Program-made: the position numbers and the translations under genes
In this document: piece after piece, positions 57,530 to 64,000 of the stretch
How the letters are laid out: every line of letters begins with the position of its first letter
Numbering within the stretch: the stretch's first letter is position 1
NCBI GenBank assembly: GCA_022425195.1
Contig: JAKMFX010000012.1
Location: 52,160 to 116,159 of the forward strand
Direction of reading: 5' to 3'
DNA length: 64,000 bases
Source of the DNA: Flavobacteriales bacterium
GTDB taxonomy: Bacteria; Bacteroidota; Bacteroidia; Flavobacteriales; UBA7430
The notes under the pieces: model-generated
What the model was told of the DNA's origin: nothing
Database searches by the model: none
Seen by the model: only the letters and a program-made list of their open reading frames with translations

Positions 57530-59674
57530 TTACTTTTTATGAACCTCGATCATTTGCAGCTTTTGAAATTTTACTTCCAATTTTGCAAAACCAATCTGAA
57601 GCAATGCCGCGTTTGATTTGAGTTCAAGAATTTCCCCTTCTTGCTGGGTGCCCTGAATACGAACCTGATCGCCAATGCTAAAATCATTTTTAAGAGACTT
57701 TTCCTTCTGTGAAACTTTAAGTATATTTTCGTTAAACTCTTCTTTCCGGTTAGACTCTTTTTCAATGATTTTTCTGATTCTGGGCATTATAGATTTCATC
57801 GCTGTACCCTCACGATAAAGCTCTATGAGTTTATTCATTCGTTTACCCAACTGCAAATACTTAGATTGAAACTCCATAATAAACCTTTGAGATTCTAACT
57901 TTTCCTCAATCGACTTCAACTTGAGTTCATACGCATCTCTTTGAGCGTTAACCACGGAAGCTTGCTCCATCAACTCTTCTTGACTTAATTGCATCTCAGC
58001 TGTTAAACGTTGATAGTGATGAATGGTGTCTTCAAAGCGAACGGTTCCATTTTTGAGTCCATCGCGGGCTTTGTCAATTAAAACCTTGGGTACCCCAACA
58101 TTTTTAGCTACTTCAAAGGTGTATGAACTCCCTGGCTGTCCGACCTTTAATTTATACAAGGGTTTCAGTTGCTCATCGTCAAACAACATACATGCGTTTT
58201 CGGCATAATCTGTTTGATCCGCTAAAACTTTTATATTACCGTAGTGAGTTGTCAAAACACCTATGGCGCCACTTTTTACGATTTCTTGAAAAAATACTCC
58301 CGCCAGCTCACCTCCCAGTGCAGGGTCAGAACCAGAACCAAACTCATCTATAAGTATGAAGGATGATTTCCCTGAGTTTGCAAGAATGTCTTTCATACGC
58401 TTTAAACGATAAGAATAGGTGCTCAGCTCATTTTCTATAGACTGATTGTCACCAATGTCTGTGAAAACATCTTTAAAAACACTAAGAGATGAATTGGGAT
58501 GAACAGGAATAAACAATCCAGCTTGAAGCATGAGTTGATTCAATCCAAAAGTTTTCAAAGTTATGGACTTCCCCCCTGCATTCGGGCCCGAAATGACCAA
58601 AACACGATGATCATCATCAAAATAAATATCCTGAGGGATTGTTTTTACACCTTTTTTGTTGTTCTCAATATACAACAAAGGGTGAAAGGCTTCCTTAATA
58701 TTAATCGCTCTTGATTTCGAAACTTTGGGGCGGTTTGCACCCATCAATTCAGCCAACTTAAGTTTTGCATTTAAAAAATCGAACTCCTCAATTAAATCTC
58801 TGTAAAGTTGGATAAGGTCTATTTCTTGAGCCAAATCTGCTGTGAGCTCTTTTAATATTCTACGTACTTCTTCCTTTTCTTCATGATACAGATGTCTCAA
58901 CTCACGATTGAGAGAAATGCATTTCTCAGGTTCAATAAAAGTAATGCTCTTGGTTTTAGACTGACCTCTAACCTGCCCTTTAACCTTTCGCTTAAACTCT
59001 GAAGCTACGGCCAAGAGTGATACTTCTTCAGCGAAAGACTCTTTGATGTCTGCCAAGTATCCCAGCTGTAGATAATGACTTTTAGAATCTTGGAACGACT
59101 TATCGACCCAAGCTCTTTTTTTGTGGATGTCATCACGAATGTCGGAAAGGATTTGAGAGGCTTTAGGACGGATAAATCGTCGAGGAGAAAAAACCTTTTC
59201 AATCCTTTTTTTAATCGTTACACTTTTTTTCAAATCACCAACGAGGGCAGTGAGTCTAGGAATCTCATACTCGTTGTTGGTGATGAAATGTATCAGTGAG
59301 TTGACCCAGATGGAAGCGTGATAAATATCAAAAAACTGCTCTTCTGTGAGGACCGAGTTCTGTATTTTCAAATAGTTGAGTACTTCAGTCAGGTCTAAAT
59401 ATTCAAATCTAGGGAAATCAGAATCCGACTGAATCAACTGGAACTCATACAATCGATCAAGATGTTCATTTAAAACCTTAGGATTGTACAAGATGGATAA
59501 ATGTCGTATTCGCTCCTTATTGGACTTACTCTTCGAGAAATTCTCCAATAGGTCTACAATTTTTCCAAACTCTAACTCTCTGCGTACAGATTCACTAATA
59601 TTTGAACGTTTTTGTTTCACAATTGCAAAAATACCAATTATAAGACGATTTAACGATGCTTTAAGGCAACACAT
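57530..59674 (-). CDS. mutS2: MutS2-family protein (MutS domain V ATPase) without a recognisable Smr domain
   Basis: Walker A ISGPNAGGKS, Walker B ILIDEFGSGSDP, THY motif, long coiled-coil and a KOW/SH3-like end (GDQVRIQGTQQEGEILEL). The start codon is uncertain: ATG at 59674, or an internal GTG. Confidence 0.8.
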   Translation of the reverse strand: MCCLKASLNRLIIGIFAIVKQKRSNISESVRRELEFGKIVDLLENFSKSKSNKERIRHLSILYNPKVLNEHLDRLYEFQLIQSDSDFPRFEYLDLTEVLNYLKIQNSVLTEEQFFDIYHASIWVNSLIHFITNNEYEIPRLTALVGDLKKSVTIKKRIEKVFSPRRFIRPKASQILSDIRDDIHKKRAWVDKSFQDSKSHYLQLGYLADIKESFAEEVSLLAVASEFKRKVKGQVRGQSKTKSITFIEPEKCISLNRELRHLYHEEKEEVRRILKELTADLAQEIDLIQLYRDLIEEFDFLNAKLKLAELMGANRPKVSKSRAINIKEAFHPLLYIENNKKGVKTIPQDIYFDDDHRVLVISGPNAGGKSITLKTFGLNQLMLQAGLFIPVHPNSSLSVFKDVFTDIGDNQSIENELSTYSYRLKRMKDILANSGKSSFILIDEFGSGSDPALGGELAGVFFQEIVKSGAIGVLTTHYGNIKVLADQTDYAENACMLFDDEQLKPLYKLKVGQPGSSYTFEVAKNVGVPKVLIDKARDGLKNGTVRFEDTIHHYQRLTAEMQLSQEELMEQASVVNAQRDAYELKLKSIEEKLESQRFIMEFQSKYLQLGKRMNKLIELYREGTAMKSIMPRIRKIIEKESNRKEEFNENILKVSQKEKSLKNDFSIGDQVRIQGTQQEGEILELKSNAALLQIGFAKLEVKFQKLQMIEVHKK

Positions 59675-59907
59675 TATCGTTCTATGGGAAATAGGTAGGG
59701 CTAACTATATTTAATTCATTTACAATGTAATCCGCATTTTTTTTCCTTCAAACATGGCACAATATTTATATCATACCTTCACTGCTTAATACTTAGATCG
59801 ATTCGATTCGTTTATATGACTTAAACTATTGGTCCTGCAAAGCTAAAAGTAAAAAACAAATTCTTAAATTCGCAGTCTATTTTAGTACTATAGAAAATTA
59901 TTAAAAC

Positions 59908-61296
59908 ATGAACTTTGATCTAATTGTAGTAGGAAGTGGCCCTGGAGGATACGTAACCGCGATACGTGCTTCTCAATTGGGCTTGAAAACAGCCATAGTT
60001 GAAAAAGAAAACTTAGGTGGTGTATGTCTAAATTGGGGATGTATCCCAACCAAAGCACTTTTAAAAAGTGCTCAAGTTTTTGAATACATCAACCACGCCG
60101 AAGACTATGGTATCAAAGTCTCTGATGCAAAAACTGATTTTTCAGCGGTGGTCAAAAGAAGTCGTGATGTTGCCGGTGGTATGAGTAAGGGGATCGAGTT
60201 TCTGATGAAAAAGAACAAAATCGAGGTGCTTACAGGAATGGGAAAAGTTGCTCCAGGAAAAAAAGTCATCGTAACAGATGATAAAGGAACTGCAACAGAA
60301 TACACCGCCAAAGATATCATCATTGCAACAGGGGCTCGCTCTAGAAGTTTACCCAACCTACCTCAAGACGGTAAGAAAATTATCGGCTACAGAGATGCCA
60401 TGACGCTCAAAAAAATGCCTAAAAAACTATTGGTTGTAGGGTCTGGAGCTATTGGTGTAGAATTTGCCTACTTCTACAATGCCATGGGTGCAGAAGTAAC
60501 CATTGTAGAATACATGCCGAACATTGTTCCTGTTGAAGATGTAGACATTTCTAAACAACTGGAGCGTTCATTTAAGAAAAGTGGAATGAAGATCATGACC
60601 AATGCTTCCGTAGAAAAGGTCGATACTTCGGGCAAAACATGCAAGGCAACCGTTAAAACGAAGAAAGGTGAAGAAGTAATAGAAGCTGACATCGTTCTTT
60701 CTGCTGTAGGAATTTCGGCAAACATAGAAGATATTGGTCTTGAAGATGTAGGAATTGCCACTGACAAAGGAAGAATCCTGGTAAACGATTACTACCAAAC
60801 CAACATTCCAGGTTACCATGCTATTGGAGATGTGATTCCTGGTCCCGCTCTTGCCCACGTGGCCTCAGCGGAAGGAATTAACTGTGTCGAAAAGATTGCA
60901 GGATTACATGTACAACCAATGGATATGAATAACATTCCTGGATGTACTTACGCTTCCCCAGAAATTTCATCGGTAGGATATACAGAACAAGCTGCAAAAG
61001 ATGCTGGATTCGAGGTTAAAGTGGGTAAATTTCCATTCTCAGCCTCAGGAAAAGCGAGTGCTGCCGGACATAAAGATGGATTCGTAAAAGTTATTTTCGA
61101 TGCGAAATACGGAGAGTGGTTAGGTTGCCATATGATTGGTGCTAATGTAACCGAAATGATTGCAGAAGCAGTTGTTGCCCGAAAACTTGAAACTACTGGT
61201 CATGAAATCTTAAAAGCAGTTCACCCTCACCCTACCATGAGTGAGGCCGTTATGGAAGCTGTAGCAGATGCTTATGACGAAGTTATTCACATGTAA
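59908..61296 (+). CDS. lpdA: Dihydrolipoyl dehydrogenase (E3)
   Basis: GSGPGGY, the redox disulfide GGVCLNWGCIPTK, GSGAIGVEFA and the C-terminal HPHPTMSE motif. Confidence 0.95.
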   Translation: MNFDLIVVGSGPGGYVTAIRASQLGLKTAIVEKENLGGVCLNWGCIPTKALLKSAQVFEYINHAEDYGIKVSDAKTDFSAVVKRSRDVAGGMSKGIEFLMKKNKIEVLTGMGKVAPGKKVIVTDDKGTATEYTAKDIIIATGARSRSLPNLPQDGKKIIGYRDAMTLKKMPKKLLVVGSGAIGVEFAYFYNAMGAEVTIVEYMPNIVPVEDVDISKQLERSFKKSGMKIMTNASVEKVDTSGKTCKATVKTKKGEEVIEADIVLSAVGISANIEDIGLEDVGIATDKGRILVNDYYQTNIPGYHAIGDVIPGPALAHVASAEGINCVEKIAGLHVQPMDMNNIPGCTYASPEISSVGYTEQAAKDAGFEVKVGKFPFSASGKASAAGHKDGFVKVIFDAKYGEWLGCHMIGANVTEMIAEAVVARKLETTGHEILKAVHPHPTMSEAVMEAVADAYDEVIHM

Positions 61297-61314
61297 TTCT
61301 TACAAGTGACTCTA

Positions 61315-61348
61315 CAAAAAAACCTCTTCTTAAGAGGTTTTTTTTTGC
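61315..61348. terminator. Bidirectional terminator between lpdA and the CHU_C-domain gene
   Basis: aaaaaaaacctcttcttaagaggttttttttt. Confidence 0.8.
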
Positions 61349-61359
61349 TCCAGACCATG

Positions 61360-63588
61360 TCAACGAAATAAATTGAGAGTGCCTGTCTCTTGAAAACTAT
61401 GATTCGTTAGAAATTCGGTAACATAAATTCTATACACATAAATACCTGACTTTAAAGGCTTATCATCTAATGTACCATCCCAACCCTTAGCCAATTCATC
61501 AGAATAAAAAACTTGATGTCCCCATCGATCATAAATAAGCAATTTATAATCTTGGTGGCCCAGAATGACGGGCTTAAAAACATCATTAAGGCCGTCTCCG
61601 TTAGGCGAAAAAGAATTGGGGGCAAAAAAATGATATGAGGGAGCTACCTTCACCCATACACCAGAGGCTCTATAACAGGAAGTCTTCGTATTGAAAATTT
61701 TCAATTGTAGGTAATAATTCCCATGGGCATCATAATAATGTGTTTCTGGTTGATATTCATTAGAACCACTAGCATCGCCAAAGTCCCAAGCGTATTCATA
61801 ATCATTTGATTTAAGGGTTAAATTGTTCAATCGCAAAGCTAATGTGTCTCCAATCACATCTGTGATTTCAAATAAAGGCTTGGGAAGAACATCAAGCTCT
61901 AATTGAGCGTAAGCCGTAACTTCATTACTACATTTATCTTTCACAATTACGGGGTAGACTCCCGGGAATACCAGATTACAGGAGTCTTTACTACCATCAG
62001 GCCAACTGTAATTAAACCCTCCATTACCCGATAAAACATTCACACACAACTCCTCCATTTGATAGGAACATTGAGCACCCTGTTCTGCTTCAATAATCAG
62101 GGGTTCCTGTGGAGCAATATCAACAAAGATAGAATCTATAACCTGCTGATCACACAAGTCAGTAGCTAGAACATAAAATGTTTTGGCATTTTTTGGTCTT
62201 ACCGTTTGATGGGCACCAAAACCCAAATCCAACCATTGATAATTGAAACTCGTTTGAATTTCTTGTGAATCTAAAAGTCCAGCTATACCCCCACTCGCAT
62301 TCGCCCTCAGACTTAATTCATCACCCGGACATTCAAGTTGTATGTCATCAGATACATGTAGGGCCATTTTTGGCTGATCAAAAATTTTAAAGACAATCGA
62401 GTCGTAAAAATCCTCATAACAGTCTTGATCCCATGGGTAAACTCTAAGCGTCAATTGCTCAACCTCTTCGTCAATTGAATCATTAGGCACAGAAATAATT
62501 AAAGTCGCAAGCGAGTCATCTTCAGGGATGATGACCAGACTATCTTCAATATTTGTAAGATAGTAGTCCAATTGATTTCTTGCCGTTCCACTGACTGAAA
62601 TTTTGTGTGCAACTGTGCCTTTGAGTGCGTCATTCCTTTTAAAACTAATTGTGGCAGGCCCACATCCCTCATACAAATGATTAGGATTCTTCAATGAATC
62701 AAAAACATCACTCATGTTTGACTTTACAGAATAATTAATCTTGGGTACTGAATGGAAAGAATTTCGTTTCAGAAATACAGCAGAGTTAAGTAAGCCGTCG
62801 CTACAATCTGCAATGGCTAGCTTTATATGGTAGGTCTCACATGGAATAACGCTTGCAGTTGATTTTAAGGGAGTGGTATGACCTAAAAAAGAAATTGATT
62901 TTTTGAATGAATTATCTACATAAAACTTAGAATAGGACCTCCAGTCAACATCAATACTATCACAAAGTGATTCGTCAAAATTAGAAGATCTCCCAGAATT
63001 AATGGAATTGATGATGACCGGTGTACCTGTGAAAGCAGAGGAATCATGAGGGTCTGGGACTAAAGCGATGTTTTGTGCATTGTTTGTAAATGGACCCACG
63101 ATGCCCGGACCCGAGAGGAAAAAGCCGAAAATATCATTGTATTTAGAACAAGTGAAACTTGAATATTCATTAGAGGCAAAAACATATTCAAAACTGAGTT
63201 GATCCGACTTGGGTATAAAATCAAACTCAATCGTAATGACATTGTACAACTGAGTGGAAATGGCTCCAATCATCTCCAGTTGTTTCGATAAATCGGATTC
63301 AATTCCATAAGTCCTATAGTTTTCTCCGTGATTCCCCGGGCTAATTGAAATAACGCCATCTGTAGCCAAAACCAAGCCCGCTCCAAAGCCACGTTCAAAG
63401 ATCCCGTTAAAAGATCCTGCCGAGCATGGTTGCCCCCTATAGATGACATTCGAGAACTCTACACCTTCTCCAATAATCATTTCCACTAAATTTTCAGGTA
63501 AACTATCTGTGGGTGTACACTCAGATAAGACTTGGGCATTTTGGGAAAAGGACACCCATAAGAACATCCTTACTAAGATGTATTTCAT
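61360..63588 (-). CDS. Choice-of-anchor-L / PKD domain surface protein with a gliding-motility-associated (T9SS type-B, CHU_C) C-terminal domain
   Basis: Signal peptide. The N-terminal block LVEMIIGEGVEFSNVIYRGQPCSAGSF...GLVLATDG is choice-of-anchor L. WDFGDASGS is PKD-like. The C-terminus has FFAPNSFSPNGDGLNDVFKPV...YDRWGHQVF...GWDG. Confidence 0.75.
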   Translation of the reverse strand: MKYILVRMFLWVSFSQNAQVLSECTPTDSLPENLVEMIIGEGVEFSNVIYRGQPCSAGSFNGIFERGFGAGLVLATDGVISISPGNHGENYRTYGIESDLSKQLEMIGAISTQLYNVITIEFDFIPKSDQLSFEYVFASNEYSSFTCSKYNDIFGFFLSGPGIVGPFTNNAQNIALVPDPHDSSAFTGTPVIINSINSGRSSNFDESLCDSIDVDWRSYSKFYVDNSFKKSISFLGHTTPLKSTASVIPCETYHIKLAIADCSDGLLNSAVFLKRNSFHSVPKINYSVKSNMSDVFDSLKNPNHLYEGCGPATISFKRNDALKGTVAHKISVSGTARNQLDYYLTNIEDSLVIIPEDDSLATLIISVPNDSIDEEVEQLTLRVYPWDQDCYEDFYDSIVFKIFDQPKMALHVSDDIQLECPGDELSLRANASGGIAGLLDSQEIQTSFNYQWLDLGFGAHQTVRPKNAKTFYVLATDLCDQQVIDSIFVDIAPQEPLIIEAEQGAQCSYQMEELCVNVLSGNGGFNYSWPDGSKDSCNLVFPGVYPVIVKDKCSNEVTAYAQLELDVLPKPLFEITDVIGDTLALRLNNLTLKSNDYEYAWDFGDASGSNEYQPETHYYDAHGNYYLQLKIFNTKTSCYRASGVWVKVAPSYHFFAPNSFSPNGDGLNDVFKPVILGHQDYKLLIYDRWGHQVFYSDELAKGWDGTLDDKPLKSGIYVYRIYVTEFLTNHSFQETGTLNLFR

Positions 63589-63702
63589 TCGAGGGGGGAT
63601 TAAGCGTTATATATACTTATGTATTTACATTGCAATATAGTAAATTACTTTAGTATATAACTAAACGGCTACCCTCTTAATTGTTAAATGCGTGTGTAGA
63701 AT

Positions 63703-63731
63703 ACACAAAACCACCCGTTAAAAGGGTGGTT
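63703..63731 (-). terminator. Terminator after the methylmalonyl-CoA mutase-like gene
   Basis: Minus strand: aaccaccc-ttttaac-gggtggtt followed by TTTTG. Confidence 0.6.
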
Positions 63732-63750
63732 GAAAGAATTAATAGAAAAA

Positions 63751-64000
63751 TCACATATTCCTACGATACTGTCCCCCCACTTCAAATAAGGCTGAAGTCA
63801 TTTGCCCTAAAGAGCAGGTCTTGGCAACTTCCATCATTTCAGAGAATATATTTTTATTTTGAAGAGCCGTATCCTGTAGTTTTTTCAAGGAGTTCCCCTC
63901 AGTATTCTGGTGGGCCTGATGCAGCGCTTCAAGCATACTGATTTGATATTTCTTCTCTTGTTCTGTAGCACGGATCACTTCCGCAGGAATTACGGTAAGA
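63751..64000 (-). CDS. Methylmalonyl-CoA mutase family protein, C-terminal end of the catalytic (N-terminal-type) subunit; 5' part lies outside the window
   Basis: The frame is open to the window edge. ...IPAEVIRATEQEK...L...ALFEVGGQYRRNM resembles the end of the MCM catalytic barrel in split-type mutases. Confidence 0.7.
   Translation of the reverse strand, partial: LTVIPAEVIRATEQEKKYQISMLEALHQAHQNTEGNSLKKLQDTALQNKNIFSEMMEVAKTCSLGQMTSALFEVGGQYRRNM

Overview
This window looks like a core chromosomal segment of a Bacteroidota genome, Flavobacteriia-like, at roughly 40% GC by eye. The lineage call rests on three T9SS C-terminal sorting domains, a complete MoxR/Bat 'aerotolerance' operon, a pyrG-yidC pair, ribosomal protein THX, and TAnnTTTG promoter boxes. 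Most of the window is housekeeping. It contains trxB, msrA, an ABC-F ATPase, pyrG-yidC, holA, dapA, recR, a 2-oxoacid dehydrogenase E2, lpdA, tpiA-prmA, a mutS2-like gene and tRNA-Pro(TGG). It also contains a nine-gene branched-chain amino acid block, leuA-leuC-leuD-leuB-ilvD-ilvB-ilvN-ilvC-ilvA. I saw no rRNA, CRISPR array, transposase or integrase. The one clearly accessory-looking stretch is a tightly packed three-gene minus-strand cluster at 49299-55571. It encodes a Cys-rich multidomain T9SS cargo protein, a tail-fibre-like secreted protein, and a large protein with no signal peptide, a poly-Asn tract and MORN repeats. The last two ORFs are in the same frame and separated by one TAA. I cannot assign this cluster to any described system, so it is my best candidate for something new. 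Smaller items include an ORF-track-missed 50-aa Cys-rich peptide gene with its own terminator, an NLP/NPP1-like secreted protein, an esterase homologue that has lost its nucleophile motif, and a THX protein with a Lys-rich tail. All domain calls come from motif recognition by eye. No searches were run.
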